Source: Nitrososphaerota archaeon
Lineage (GTDB): Archaea > Thermoproteota > Nitrososphaeria > Nitrososphaerales > Nitrosopumilaceae
Assembly: GCA_022565935.1 (NCBI GenBank)
Contig: JADFJY010000001.1
Span: 1 to 54,181 of the forward strand
Reading direction: 5' to 3'
DNA: 54,181 bases
Shown: one piece after another, positions 1-10,275 of the stretch
How positions within the stretch are numbered: the first letter of the stretch is position 1
How the letters are laid out: each line of letters opens with the position of its first letter
Position numbers and translations under genes: made by a program
The notes under the pieces: model-generated
Seen by the model: the letters and a program-made list of their open reading frames with translations, nothing else
Told to the model about the DNA's origin: nothing
The model's database searches: none

Positions 1-307
1 AACCCATTCTTACAACATCGTTGACTGTAACTGGAAAATTTTTTTCAAAGATTGGTTTTTGTGGCACATATCCAATTTCTTTGAGATAATTTTTTGATTT
101 TCTAATATCCTCGCCAAAAAACTTGATAGTTCCTTTGTATTTTGTATTAAGTCCTAGCATTGAATCAAAAAGGGTGGATTTACCAGCACCGTTAGGTCCA
201 ATTATACCTAGAAAATCTCCCTGATTGATTATAAAACTCACATCATCAAGTGCTTTAACATCTGGATATTGAACTGTAAGATTGTTAATTTCAACTACTT
301 TCAACAT
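1..307 (-). CDS. znuC: Metal (Zn/Mn) ABC transporter ATP-binding subunit, truncated by the window edge
   Basis: Hand translation from ATG at 307: MLKVVEINNLTVQYPDVKALDDVSF...GIIGPNGAGKST (Walker A)...IGYVPQK; start overlaps the end of the binding-protein gene. Confidence 0.85.
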   Translation of the reverse strand, partial: MLKVVEINNLTVQYPDVKALDDVSFIINQGDFLGIIGPNGAGKSTLFDSMLGLNTKYKGTIKFFGEDIRKSKNYLKEIGYVPQKPIFEKNFPVTVNDVVRMG

Positions 308-1233
308 AATGCCTCTTTTAGATTGTTAAGATTTTCAGTCATTTTAGAAATGTAAGTTCCATCAGTAAAAACTTCTATTGGAGATAAAATTAGAATTTTA
401 CCATCTATTTCATTTGCAATAATTTGAGATGTTCTAGGATTAACATTCTCTTCACTAAAAATTACTTTAATGTTTAATTCTTTAGCTGTAGAAATTACAT
501 TTTCTAATGTTTTTGCTGTAGCTTCTCCAAATGGATTGTTTGATGAAATAATTGTATATTGATTCAGATCATATTCATCTGCAAAATATGAAAATGCATT
601 ATGAAAAGCCACAAAATCACTACTACAATTATATAATTCATTTCGAATTTTTGAATCAAGCAAGTCTAATTGTTCAATATATTTTACTGCGTTGGATTGA
701 TAATATTGTTGATTTTTAGGATCTGAATTAGAAAAAGCATTTGCAATATTTTGAACTTGTATTTTTGCATAAACAGGATTTAACCAAATATGTGGATCTC
801 CAGAACCGTGAAAATCTTCATCATGTTCATTTTCTTCATCAATATTCTTAACTAAAATTCCATTACTAGTATCAACTATCACTCCTTGATAATCAATTTC
901 TTTTAGATTATCAACCCAATTTTCAAAACCTATTCCATTGATAATAATTAAATCAGATTTTTGCATTTTTTGTACATCTTTAATAGTTGGTCTCCAATCA
1001 TGAGGTTTGACTCCAACAGGAACAAGTAAAGTGACATCTACTTTTTCTTGTCCAACATTTTGTGAAAATTCTTGAAGTGGATAAAATGACGGGATAACTT
1101 GTAGTTTTGAACTATCAATTTTTGTAAATTGTTGATTTGAGTCAGTTCCATAAATAGCAATGGAGCTTAATGGAATAATTACTGCTATTGCAATTATTGC
1201 TAACTTGATTTGTATATTCACGCAGCAATTCAA
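301..1233 (-). CDS. znuA: Cluster A-I (ZnuA/MntC-type) metal ABC substrate-binding protein; real start probably GTG at 1221
   Basis: N-terminal TM anchor; PHDW, GDPHIWLNP and FHNAFSYF motifs; short His/acidic loop EEHDEDFH-like (ENEHDEDFH). Confidence 0.88.
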   Translation of the reverse strand: MNCCVNIQIKLAIIAIAVIIPLSSIAIYGTDSNQQFTKIDSSKLQVIPSFYPLQEFSQNVGQEKVDVTLLVPVGVKPHDWRPTIKDVQKMQKSDLIIINGIGFENWVDNLKEIDYQGVIVDTSNGILVKNIDEENEHDEDFHGSGDPHIWLNPVYAKIQVQNIANAFSNSDPKNQQYYQSNAVKYIEQLDLLDSKIRNELYNCSSDFVAFHNAFSYFADEYDLNQYTIISSNNPFGEATAKTLENVISTAKELNIKVIFSEENVNPRTSQIIANEIDGKILILSPIEVFTDGTYISKMTENLNNLKEALC

Positions 1234-1239
1234 TATAGA

Positions 1240-1268
1240 TTATTAATAAATTTATAAAATATTAATAA
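1240..1268. promoter_or_regulatory. Inverted repeat TTATTAATA-N11-TATTAATAA flanking a TTTATAAA TATA box; candidate regulator operator
   Basis: Perfect 9-bp arms in the divergent znuA/nikR intergenic region; AT-rich, so chance is possible. Confidence 0.4.
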
Positions 1269-1311
1269 CATTAACTGCTAAACTTATAAGATAATTAATA
1301 ACATTAGGCAT

Positions 1312-1695
1312 ATGCCAATAGTTTCAATCTCATTAAATGATGAAATTCTCTCAGAATTAGACAAATTACAATCATCTATGGGATTTTCAGGTAGGTCTGA
1401 AGCTATCAGAGCAGGAATCAGGGCTTTTGTTTCTGAAGAAAAACAAAAGTCAGATTTGGCTGGAGATATTCATGCAATTCTTTTAGTTGTACATAATGAT
1501 GAGTTTGATCATGTCGTGTCAGGAATTACTCATAACTTTGAGGATCTAATTACAACACATCTTCATAGTAAGATTGAGAAAGAAAAATGCATGGAGCTCT
1601 TTGTTATGAGTGGTGATGCAGAAAAAGTCATTACAATGACAAAAGATTTTCAGACAAATAGAAACATGGATACTGTAAAGCTTGTTGCACTTTAG
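1312..1695 (+). CDS. nikR: NikR-family (RHH + ACT-like) metal-responsive regulator
   Basis: RHH N-terminus (IVSISL...SGRSEAIR); His...HLH...CME ligand pattern as in NikR. Confidence 0.85.
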   Translation: MPIVSISLNDEILSELDKLQSSMGFSGRSEAIRAGIRAFVSEEKQKSDLAGDIHAILLVVHNDEFDHVVSGITHNFEDLITTHLHSKIEKEKCMELFVMSGDAEKVITMTKDFQTNRNMDTVKLVAL

Positions 1696-3065
1696 ATACT
1701 AAATCTAAATGAATTTCTTTTAGTAACAAAAATCATTGCAACTATTGAAGTTACTAAAATAATTAATGTGATAGTTCCAAATTCTGGTACAACAACAATT
1801 GCAAATTCAGTTTCTTGTCCCGTATTTCGAATATTTTCAAATTTTATTATCATTGGACCTGTTTGATCTTCAGCAAAGGTAAATTTTTCAAAGTATCCAC
1901 CAATTTGTGCTGTCCCTGAGGTACGGTAAATCTCCTTTTCATTTTGAATAATTATAAATGTATAATCAGAATTTCTTAATGGTTCACTAGTTTGTCCATC
2001 TCTAATAGTAAAAACAAAGTTTGTGCTAATTCCGGGTTCTATTTCTACAGGATCCCATGAAAGATTTAATTTAAAATCCTCACTTTTTGTATATGCAACT
2101 AAAGGTAACTCAATATTTTCACTGGTAAATAATGTAAATACTAAATTGTCAGGTAATGACTCATTAGATTTTTTCATTTCATTTTTCAAAAATCTCAGAT
2201 GATCTTGCAACAACATAAAATGAACTATTCTTTTATCTTCTTCTGTATAATCGTCAATTGTTACTGAAGACTTGAATAACTTAATTCCGTTTACATAACC
2301 AGAATAACCAAGAGCAAAAAATTCAGTAAGATCTTTTGGAAAATGAACTTCTACATGAACAATAGGTACGTGAGACATTTGTTTTTCACTCCAGTCAAAT
2401 GGCATTTCAAATGCTACTTGTTTAGCCTCAGAATCATATTCAAAATTGGAAATTTTATCAAAATATGACTTTACACTAAATTGTACATCAAGGTTTTCTG
2501 TGTTTTTTTGAATGAAAGAGGTGGTCTCAATAATGCTCAAATCTGCATTATAGATACCAGAATTCTCTATGATGTTAGTTGGTTCATCAATGGTTCTTAC
2601 TTCAATTTCAAAATTATACAAACCACCTGAATTAAACAAAGGTCCTGTAATTTCTATAGGATTAGATTCAGTTCCATGCCATGCTCCAAGCATAGAATCT
2701 TGTTCGCCACGAATTGTAACCTTACCTTCTTGTGTTGGTATTATTTTAATTACTAAAACACCATCTTCTGCAAAGAAATAGTTTCTAAATATCATTTCAT
2801 TGTTATGAAACAAACCAATTAGAAATGTAATATTTTTTGCATTTTCTTTTGTTTCCTTTTCAGTTGCAGTAATTGTGATTTGTTCTTGATCATTTTCAAA
2901 ATACATCGGCATCTCTACTGTAATTGAGATTTCTTTTCCCTGGATATCTATTGAATAAATGGTATCAATTCCGGTTCCATGGCCATAAACACTACTTGCT
3001 GGAAATAACAAACACAAAACTATTGCAAATATTCCAAATTTTGTTAATGATAACATTATTTTCAT
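1692..3065 (-). CDS. Secreted PEFG-CTERM sorting-domain surface protein
   Basis: Signal peptide; C-terminal VVPEFG + TM helix + basic tail. Confidence 0.85.
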   Translation of the reverse strand: MKIMLSLTKFGIFAIVLCLLFPASSVYGHGTGIDTIYSIDIQGKEISITVEMPMYFENDQEQITITATEKETKENAKNITFLIGLFHNNEMIFRNYFFAEDGVLVIKIIPTQEGKVTIRGEQDSMLGAWHGTESNPIEITGPLFNSGGLYNFEIEVRTIDEPTNIIENSGIYNADLSIIETTSFIQKNTENLDVQFSVKSYFDKISNFEYDSEAKQVAFEMPFDWSEKQMSHVPIVHVEVHFPKDLTEFFALGYSGYVNGIKLFKSSVTIDDYTEEDKRIVHFMLLQDHLRFLKNEMKKSNESLPDNLVFTLFTSENIELPLVAYTKSEDFKLNLSWDPVEIEPGISTNFVFTIRDGQTSEPLRNSDYTFIIIQNEKEIYRTSGTAQIGGYFEKFTFAEDQTGPMIIKFENIRNTGQETEFAIVVVPEFGTITLIILVTSIVAMIFVTKRNSFRFSI

Positions 3066-3076
3066 TCCAACAGGGG

Positions 3077-3787
3077 CTATTTTATTGTGAGTAATTCTTC
3101 AACTTTTTGAATTAAATCTTCCATTGTTGTAACCTCCAAGATTGCTTGAAGTTCATTTGGGTCATTTGCGCCAAGTGCAGATAATGAATAAATGTAATCA
3201 ATTGTAGGTGTATCAGTAGTTAGATAGTATTGTTCTAAAACATGTTTTAATGTATGTGGTTCAACAACTTGAGGCAATGCTTGTTTAACAACTTTCTTTT
3301 TCCATAATTCAACAAGTTTTTCCCATCGGTCAAGTGAAATGTTCTCATCGATTTCTGGAATCATTTCAACTTCAGCTTGTATGTACATTTTCTCTCCAGT
3401 CCCAACCTTCTCATGCATTTCAGAAATTTCTTGATGTCCCTCTACTGAAAGTGGATCATAGTTAGTTGGTTGAGAAATTAATGGAGAAATTATTTTTTTT
3501 ATTTTAAAAGAGTTTCTGCCTATAGTCTCAATATGTAATTGTAATCCATCAAGTTGAATGTCTTCACACTTTGTAATTTTGGCAATTGTTCCTATCAGTT
3601 TAGGAGAATTCCAACCATTTACAGAATTTTTTTCATCAATTAAACATACACCGAACTGACCATTACCTAGCATACAATCATCAACTAATTGCTTGTAACG
3701 AGGCTCAAAGATTCGAAGTGGAAGTTCCTGTCTTGGAAATAAAACTAAATCTAAAGGAAAAATTGGAATTATTTTTGTTCGAGTCAA
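3077..3787 (-). CDS. Stand-alone Lon protease N-terminal (substrate-binding) domain protein
   Basis: IPIFPLDLVLFP...LPLRIFEPRY signature; no AAA+ or protease domain. Confidence 0.85.
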   Translation of the reverse strand: MTRTKIIPIFPLDLVLFPRQELPLRIFEPRYKQLVDDCMLGNGQFGVCLIDEKNSVNGWNSPKLIGTIAKITKCEDIQLDGLQLHIETIGRNSFKIKKIISPLISQPTNYDPLSVEGHQEISEMHEKVGTGEKMYIQAEVEMIPEIDENISLDRWEKLVELWKKKVVKQALPQVVEPHTLKHVLEQYYLTTDTPTIDYIYSLSALGANDPNELQAILEVTTMEDLIQKVEELLTIK

Positions 3788-3839
3788 CTAATCATAATGT
3801 AATGTCTCTAGATATATGGAATACGGATTTTCAAATAAA

Positions 3840-4769
3840 TTAAAAACCGTTTTCGTTTAGTATCAAGCCTAATAGAGCTGCACGTGTATATTTTCCATAT
3901 TCAGCTTGCTCAAAGTATTTGGCATTTTTTGTTTTATCAACATCATTTGAGATTTCATCTAATCTTGGTAGTGGATGTAAAATTATAGAATCATCTTTCA
4001 TCTGTTTTAACAAATCCAATCCTACGACATAACTTCCTTTGACTTTGAGATATTCTTCTTCATCAGGAAATCTCTCTTTTTGGATTCTTGTTACATAAAG
4101 AACATCAAGTTCATCAATGTGTTCTTCAATATCAGTAGATTCTGTATAAGATAATCTCTTTTTGATTTCATAAACTGAATCAGAACGTATTCTAAGAGAT
4201 TCTGGAGAAATTAAATGAACATCAACATCATAGTTTCCAAGTCCATACAACAAAGAGTAAACAGTTCGTCCATACTTTAGATCACCAACAATTCCAATCT
4301 TTAAACCATCAATCTTTTTCTTTTCTTTCTTAATTGTAAACAAATCTTGAATTGCTTGAGTTGGGTGTTCTTCTGTACCACTACCTGCATTGATTACAGG
4401 TTTATCTGAAACTTCAGATGCAAATCTACTTGAACCATCTAAAGGATGTCTCAGCACTAGAACATCAGAGTAAATTGACATTATACGTACAGTATCAGCA
4501 AGACTTTCTCCTTTTTGTGTAGAAGAAGAAGAGATATCAGAGATTCCTAAGGAATTACCTCCAATTGATGCCATAGCAGCATCAAAACTAAGACGAGTTC
4601 TAGTACTTGGCTCATAAAATAGATAAGCCAAAGTTTTTCCTTTGCAAATATCCCTTCGTTCAATGGGGTTTAGTTGCATCATTTTATCTGTCGAGAGAAA
4701 GATTTTCTCTAGTTTTTCTTTATCAAATTCCTTAATTGAGATGATATCTTTTTGATAGAACTCGTTCAT
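3840..4769 (-). CDS. pyrB: Aspartate carbamoyltransferase catalytic subunit
   Basis: FYEPSTRTRLSF, HPTQ, GDLKYGRT and HPLPR motifs. Confidence 0.97.
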   Translation of the reverse strand: MNEFYQKDIISIKEFDKEKLEKIFLSTDKMMQLNPIERRDICKGKTLAYLFYEPSTRTRLSFDAAMASIGGNSLGISDISSSSTQKGESLADTVRIMSIYSDVLVLRHPLDGSSRFASEVSDKPVINAGSGTEEHPTQAIQDLFTIKKEKKKIDGLKIGIVGDLKYGRTVYSLLYGLGNYDVDVHLISPESLRIRSDSVYEIKKRLSYTESTDIEEHIDELDVLYVTRIQKERFPDEEEYLKVKGSYVVGLDLLKQMKDDSIILHPLPRLDEISNDVDKTKNAKYFEQAEYGKYTRAALLGLILNENGF

Positions 4770-4810
4770 TCTTTCAATAATATATACAGGAGACTATACA
4801 AAGTATTCTG

Positions 4811-5272
4811 ATGGATCAGTCCGAACTTTTAGTTCGACGAATCAAGGAAGGTACTGTTATTGATCATATTGATGAAGGTAAGGGTCTTCAAGTCCTTAAC
4901 GCATTAAGAATTGATGGTAAAGACGGTAGTCTGATTACCATAGCCTTGAATGTGCCAAGTGGTAAATTTAAGAAAAAAGATATCATTAAAGTAGAAAATA
5001 AATTCCTAAAAGATGACGATACAAACAAACTTGCAGTCATTGTACCAAATGCAACAATTAACATTATCAAAAACTACAAGCTAGTTGAAAAAAGAAGGGT
5101 TGCTCTTCCAAATGAGATTGATAGAATCTTTCGTTGCTCAAATCCAGAATGTATCACAAACAGTACAGAACACATTGAATCAATAATGGATGTAATTGAC
5201 AAGGACGGTAGAGTACTCAAATGTAGATATTGTGCAAGAGTATTAGATGTAAATCAACTAAAATATAATTAA
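4811..5272 (+). CDS. pyrI: Aspartate carbamoyltransferase regulatory subunit
   Basis: GTVIDHI; Zn site CSNPECIT...CRYC. Confidence 0.96.
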   Translation: MDQSELLVRRIKEGTVIDHIDEGKGLQVLNALRIDGKDGSLITIALNVPSGKFKKKDIIKVENKFLKDDDTNKLAVIVPNATINIIKNYKLVEKRRVALPNEIDRIFRCSNPECITNSTEHIESIMDVIDKDGRVLKCRYCARVLDVNQLKYN

Positions 5273-5305
5273 ATTTTAAAAATTTGAAAAAGATTTTGTT
5301 TTGGT

Positions 5306-5617
5306 TTATTGTCCCAATATGATAAACATCATAACTATACCATAGATAGCGATTGATTCTACCATGCCTACAAAGATGAATACTTTGGATTGTAATGCGG
5401 GATTCTCACTAATTACTGCAAGACCTGCTGCACCTACTTGACCTAAACCAACACCGGCACCGCCTGCTGCAACACCAAATGCTATACCGGCACCAATTAG
5501 TTTGGAGCCATCACTCGTGCTACCAGTAGATCCTTCTTGAGCATATGCCACATCTGTAAGACCTGCAGCCACTAATGCAATTGCTGCTACTAATAACAAT
5601 AAAACAATAGATTTCAT
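5306..5617 (-). CDS. atpK: A-type ATP synthase subunit K (c, proteolipid) with N-terminal leader
   Basis: Gly-rich helix GAGVGLG; conserved ion-binding Glu in VESIAIYG; end of the atp operon. Confidence 0.93.
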   Translation of the reverse strand: MKSIVLLLLVAAIALVAAGLTDVAYAQEGSTGSTSDGSKLIGAGIAFGVAAGGAGVGLGQVGAAGLAVISENPALQSKVFIFVGMVESIAIYGIVMMFIILGQ

Positions 5618-5668
5618 CTGTCTGAATTCCTCATAATTCCATATTTAAATCATGATGATATTAAAGTA

Positions 5669-5800
5669 CTAAATTTGATCTAATGTTTTCTTTTTGAATA
5701 ATGTAAGATCATCTTTAATAGATTTTACAAAATTTTCGTGATCGTCATCTAATACCTTTTTCGAATTCTCAAGTAACTTTTTAATTTCTTCTTTTGTCAT
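5669..5800 (-). CDS. 43-aa charged helical micro-protein between atpD and atpK (possible subunit G/H-like)
   Basis: Hand translation MTKEEIKKLLENSKKVLDDDHENFVKSIKDDLTLFKKKTLDQI; ATG overlaps the atpD stop (ATGA). Confidence 0.65.
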   Translation of the reverse strand: MTKEEIKKLLENSKKVLDDDHENFVKSIKDDLTLFKKKTLDQI

Positions 5801-6432
5801 GATTTCCTACTTTGAATCTTAGCTTTGACTTTTTTTAACTTTGCGAATTCTTCTCTTTCTTTTTCTTCAAGAGCTTGTGAAATGTATCGAACGTTTTGTT
5901 GATATTGTGGAATAATGACATTTTCAAGAGCATTTAACAATTTTTGTGTCTTTTCTAATGCTTTTGCAAGGCTAAAGATTGAATTTTCATATTCTGCTGC
6001 TTTACAGATTTTTGGAAGTAGTTCTTTGATTTGTTTTGCTGCTCTATCAATTGAAGAATTTGTATCAGCAAATCCATAAGGCATTGATTTTGTATCTTTT
6101 TCAGTAACTGTAAGTGCTGGAATCTTTACGTCAACTACTCTTCTTACATGAACATCTACTTGCATTACAGGTGGTGTGGATTCTGCAACAGAGTCAACCG
6201 TATCAGTTCCTAAGGCTAAATATGCCTCATTTACTGCCTTGTAAATATCTTGTAAAGGATCCCAGATTCCACCTCTAGCTTTTGAGGCTTCTACAATCAT
6301 TTCTTCAATATTTTTTAAGAGAACTTTGCGTTTATCATCTAAAATTTTTTGAACCATAATGGCAGTTTGCGCAGATTTTTTAAATTTTAAAAGTTCGATT
6401 TTTGTTGCAGAGACATTTTGTCCAAATGACAT
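5797..6432 (-). CDS. atpD: A-type ATP synthase subunit D
   Basis: Coiled-coil with LNALENVIIP and EEKEREEF motifs; operon position. Confidence 0.93.
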   Translation of the reverse strand: MSFGQNVSATKIELLKFKKSAQTAIMVQKILDDKRKVLLKNIEEMIVEASKARGGIWDPLQDIYKAVNEAYLALGTDTVDSVAESTPPVMQVDVHVRRVVDVKIPALTVTEKDTKSMPYGFADTNSSIDRAAKQIKELLPKICKAAEYENSIFSLAKALEKTQKLLNALENVIIPQYQQNVRYISQALEEKEREEFAKLKKVKAKIQSRKS

Positions 6433-6436
6433 TTTA

Positions 6437-7822
6437 TTACTCTTCCTTATAATATTGGTCTACGTATTTGTCTTTGATTTTAGTAATCTCATTCTTTGGT
6501 AGTTTAGAAACAATTTTCCACATGATACCAAGTGTTTCTTCAATGGTTCTGTTCTCATCAGTTGCTTGTGAAAGGAGTTCTTTTTCAAATACATCACCGA
6601 CATCCATGTATTTCAAGTCAATGTCAGTCAGTCCTGCTTTACCTACAATACCTGCTAGTGCTCTAACTTCTTGTGCTCTAGAATATGCATCATAGACTTG
6701 ATTAGCAACTTCACTATGATCTGCTCTGGTACTACCTTCACCAATTCCGTCTTTCATCAGTCTACTAAGACTCATCAAAATATTGATTGGAGGATAAATT
6801 CCTTGTCTGAACAAATCTCTACCAATTACCATTTGACCCTCTGTAATGTAACCAGTAAGGTCAGGGATTGGGTGTGTAATATCATCAGATGGCATTGATA
6901 AAATTGGAATTTGAGTAACACTTCCTTTTCTTCCCTGTAGTTTACCTGCTCTTTCATAGATTGTTGAGAGGTCAGTGTAAAGATAGCCAGGATAGCCTTT
7001 TCTTCCAGGAACTTCTTCTCTTGCTGCACTAATCTCTCTTAATGCTTCTGCATAGTTTGTCATGTCAGTCATTATAACTAGAACGTGCATTCCTAAATCA
7101 AATGCCAAATATTCTGCGACAGTTAAAGCCACACGTGGAGTGATAATTCTTTCAATTGCAGGATCATCTGCTGTATTTAGAAATAGAACACTTCTCTTTA
7201 GTGCACCAGAATCTTCAAGACTTCGTCTGAAATATTCTGCTTCACTGTATTGCACACCAATGGCTGCAAAGACTACAGCAAAGTCATCTTGTGTTCCAAC
7301 AACACTTGCTTGTCTTGCAATTTGTGCTGCTAAAAGGTTGTGAGACATACCAGAACCAGAAAAGATTGGAAGTTTTTGTCCTCTAACTAGAGTCATTAAT
7401 CCATCAATAACAGATATACCAGTTTGAATGAAGTCTTTTGGATATTCACGTTGTTCTGGATTCATTGGTTCACCATTAATGTCAACAAATTTATCAGCAA
7501 TTGGATCTGGCAGTCCATCTTTTGGTCTACCTAATCCATCAAAAACTCTACCAAGTAGCGCTTTGGATACTGGCATCTCCATAAGTTTACCTACAAATCT
7601 AGCACTTGTTCCAGAGATAGATAATCCAGTTGTTCCCTCAAAAACTTGAACGATTGCCTTACCGTTTCCTACTTCGAGAACTTTACCTAATCTTTTTTCT
7701 CCATCTTTAGTTTCAATTTCAACAAGTTCATCGAATGCTGCATTCTCAACATCATCTACAACTACTAGCGGACCTTTGATTTCAGCAATCTTGTTGTATT
7801 GAACTCCGCCTTGTATTGTCAA
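6437..7822 (-). CDS. atpB: A-type ATP synthase subunit B
   Basis: [28 protein letters not shown] and [14 protein letters not shown] motifs. Confidence 0.97.
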   Translation of the reverse strand: MTIQGGVQYNKIAEIKGPLVVVDDVENAAFDELVEIETKDGEKRLGKVLEVGNGKAIVQVFEGTTGLSISGTSARFVGKLMEMPVSKALLGRVFDGLGRPKDGLPDPIADKFVDINGEPMNPEQREYPKDFIQTGISVIDGLMTLVRGQKLPIFSGSGMSHNLLAAQIARQASVVGTQDDFAVVFAAIGVQYSEAEYFRRSLEDSGALKRSVLFLNTADDPAIERIITPRVALTVAEYLAFDLGMHVLVIMTDMTNYAEALREISAAREEVPGRKGYPGYLYTDLSTIYERAGKLQGRKGSVTQIPILSMPSDDITHPIPDLTGYITEGQMVIGRDLFRQGIYPPINILMSLSRLMKDGIGEGSTRADHSEVANQVYDAYSRAQEVRALAGIVGKAGLTDIDLKYMDVGDVFEKELLSQATDENRTIEETLGIMWKIVSKLPKNEITKIKDKYVDQYYKEE

Positions 7823-9597
7823 TTTGATACTTTCACTCCTGTAATTGATTTGAATTGTTCTTCCATATCTTTTTCTAATTGATCAAGTTTTGACATCTCA
7901 TCATCTTTGATTTCCATTCTTGCTTTAAGAAGTGAAGGGATGATAGACATTACACGAATATCAGCTAATGTTGCACCTGTTTTAATTGCTTGCTGACCTT
8001 TATTGTAAAAGTCAACAAATAGTTTCATTAGCTTAAACTGTTTTTCTGGACTGCAAAAAGTATCAACATCATCAAATGAATTTTGTTGTAAAAGACCAAT
8101 CTTAATCATTCTTGCAACTTCAAGAATTAATTTTTCTTCATCAGGTAATGCTTCTGGACCTAAGAGTCTGACAATTTCTTTTAGTGTGTCTTCTCTTTGT
8201 AAAATTCCATATGCTTCACTTCTAATGTTAAACCACTCTTTATCGATATTTGCACTCCACCATTTAGCAATATCAGCAAGATAACCAGAGTAGCTATTCA
8301 TCCAATTTATTGATGGATAATGCCTAGAGTATGCAAGTTTTGCATCCAAAGCCCAGAAAGTTTTGATGAATCTCATTGTATGAGTTGTAACTGGTTCTGT
8401 AAAGTCACCACCTGATGGAGATACAGCACCAATTATAGTAACTGAACCATCACGGTCTGGACTACCAATTGCTCTAACACGACCTGCTCTTTCATAAAAT
8501 TCTGCTAGTCTTGATGCAAGATATGATGGATAACCTTCTTCTGCTGGCATCTCTTCTAATCTACCACTCATTTCTCTAAGTGCTTCAGCCCATCTACTTG
8601 TAGAGTCTGCTACAAGTACAACGTCTTTCCCCATATCTCTATAATATTCTGCAATTGTTACACCAGTATAGATACTTGCTTCTCTTGCAGCTACTGGCAT
8701 ATTACTTGTATTTGCAACAAGGATAGTTCTGTCCATAAGTGGTTTTCCAGTAAGTGGATCTTTGAGCTTTGGGAAGTCAACTAAAACTTCAGTCATCTCG
8801 TTTCCTCTTTCACCACAACCGATGTAAACAACAACTTGAGCATCTGCCCATTTTGCAATTTGGTGTAATGTAACAGTCTTTCCTGTTCCAAATGCTCCAG
8901 GAATTGAACCAGTTCCACCTTTTGCAATTGGGAAAAATGTGTCTATTACACGTTGTCCAGTAATAAGTGGGACAGTAGGATCATAACGACTTTTGATTGG
9001 TCTTGGTTTTCTTACAGGCCATTTATGATACATCTTAAGTGAAATGGTTTTACCATCTTTTTCAGTTGTAGCTATTTCAGTTTCTATATTATAATCTCCT
9101 TCTGTAACAATATTTGTGATTTTTCCACCTGGGTGATTTGGTGGAACCATAATAGAGTGATCAATCAGTTCTGATTCTTTAACAGTTCCAAGTACACTTC
9201 CACCAGTTACTTCATCACCTACACTAACAGTTGGTACAAAATGCCATTTTTTTGTCATATCAACAGGAGTAGTTGTAATACCTCGTCCAATGAATGAACC
9301 AGATTTTTTTGATAGTTCTCTTAGAGGTCTTTGAATTCCATCATAAAGTTGTCCAATAATTCCTGGACCTAATAATACACTAAGTGGATTTCCAGTACCA
9401 ACCACAGGCTCACCTGGTTTTAATCCACTTGTTGATTCATAGACTTGAATAAATGCAACATCACCAGTTAATTTAATGACTTCACCAATTAATTTTAAAT
9501 TACCAACAGATACAGTTTCATACATCTTTGCATCAGACATGCCATCTGCTCTAACAGCAGGACCGCTTACCCAAACAATTTTTCCTTGAGCTACCAT
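7819..9597 (-). CDS. atpA: A-type ATP synthase subunit A (start taken at MVAQG, 9597)
   Basis: P-loop [16 protein letters not shown] and [12 protein letters not shown] motifs; no intein. Confidence 0.97.
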   Translation of the reverse strand: MVAQGKIVWVSGPAVRADGMSDAKMYETVSVGNLKLIGEVIKLTGDVAFIQVYESTSGLKPGEPVVGTGNPLSVLLGPGIIGQLYDGIQRPLRELSKKSGSFIGRGITTTPVDMTKKWHFVPTVSVGDEVTGGSVLGTVKESELIDHSIMVPPNHPGGKITNIVTEGDYNIETEIATTEKDGKTISLKMYHKWPVRKPRPIKSRYDPTVPLITGQRVIDTFFPIAKGGTGSIPGAFGTGKTVTLHQIAKWADAQVVVYIGCGERGNEMTEVLVDFPKLKDPLTGKPLMDRTILVANTSNMPVAAREASIYTGVTIAEYYRDMGKDVVLVADSTSRWAEALREMSGRLEEMPAEEGYPSYLASRLAEFYERAGRVRAIGSPDRDGSVTIIGAVSPSGGDFTEPVTTHTMRFIKTFWALDAKLAYSRHYPSINWMNSYSGYLADIAKWWSANIDKEWFNIRSEAYGILQREDTLKEIVRLLGPEALPDEEKLILEVARMIKIGLLQQNSFDDVDTFCSPEKQFKLMKLFVDFYNKGQQAIKTGATLADIRVMSIIPSLLKARMEIKDDEMSKLDQLEKDMEEQFKSITGVKVSN

Positions 9598-9598
9598 A

Positions 9599-10198
9599 CT
9601 AATTTCCCACTCCGAATGTGGATGCAATCTCTTTCCTTATTAAAGGCTTCAAGCGATCAATTCTTGCATCTATCGTATTATCAAATGTCATTGTACCATC
9701 TTTAGATTTTATTATAATTCCACCAAGACAATCAATAGTATCAGATGATAATTCAGCTCCTGAAAATTTAGATAATGCAGATTTAACTACATCTTTATCT
9801 TTGGCATTTGTAAAAACTGTAACTTCAGTTGTACCTAAAATTTTAGTTGATTCATCTAACAAATTATTAATGAGATTTGCGTAATCTCCACTTCGATCAA
9901 TATTTGATATTTGATCTAAAGCTTTTGCAAAGACCTTGTCAACTCCTTCTTCTAATAACAAAAGTTGTTTGTTTCTAACTTTTATATCAGCACCACCAAT
10001 AATCTGTTTTTCAATTTTGTCAGCTTCTTTCTTACCATCAGAGATGATTTTATCAAATTCTTGTTCTAGTTTTGGAAGTGAGTTATCTAGTGTTTGTTGA
10101 GAATCTAAACCTGAATTTTTGAGATCAAGTAGAACTTCTTTTTCAGTTTTCATAAGAACTTTGTCAATGGATTGTTCTAATGTAGAATTAGATGCCAA
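9599..10198 (-). CDS. atpE: A-type ATP synthase subunit E
   Basis: N-terminal coiled coil; GGIII...[10 protein letters not shown]-terminal domain; first gene of the operon. Confidence 0.9.
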   Translation of the reverse strand: MASNSTLEQSIDKVLMKTEKEVLLDLKNSGLDSQQTLDNSLPKLEQEFDKIISDGKKEADKIEKQIIGGADIKVRNKQLLLLEEGVDKVFAKALDQISNIDRSGDYANLINNLLDESTKILGTTEVTVFTNAKDKDVVKSALSKFSGAELSSDTIDCLGGIIIKSKDGTMTFDNTIDARIDRLKPLIRKEIASTFGVGN

Positions 10199-10275
10199 TA
10201 TGAGGTGGTCATTGGATAATAGATTTTAATGTTTGGGAGGAGCTGAAATAATTCAAAAAAAATCATGTTTTCAAT

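Noticed and set aside
7819-9597. Intein in AtpA
   Set aside because: Normal length (592 aa) with no insertion after the P-loop
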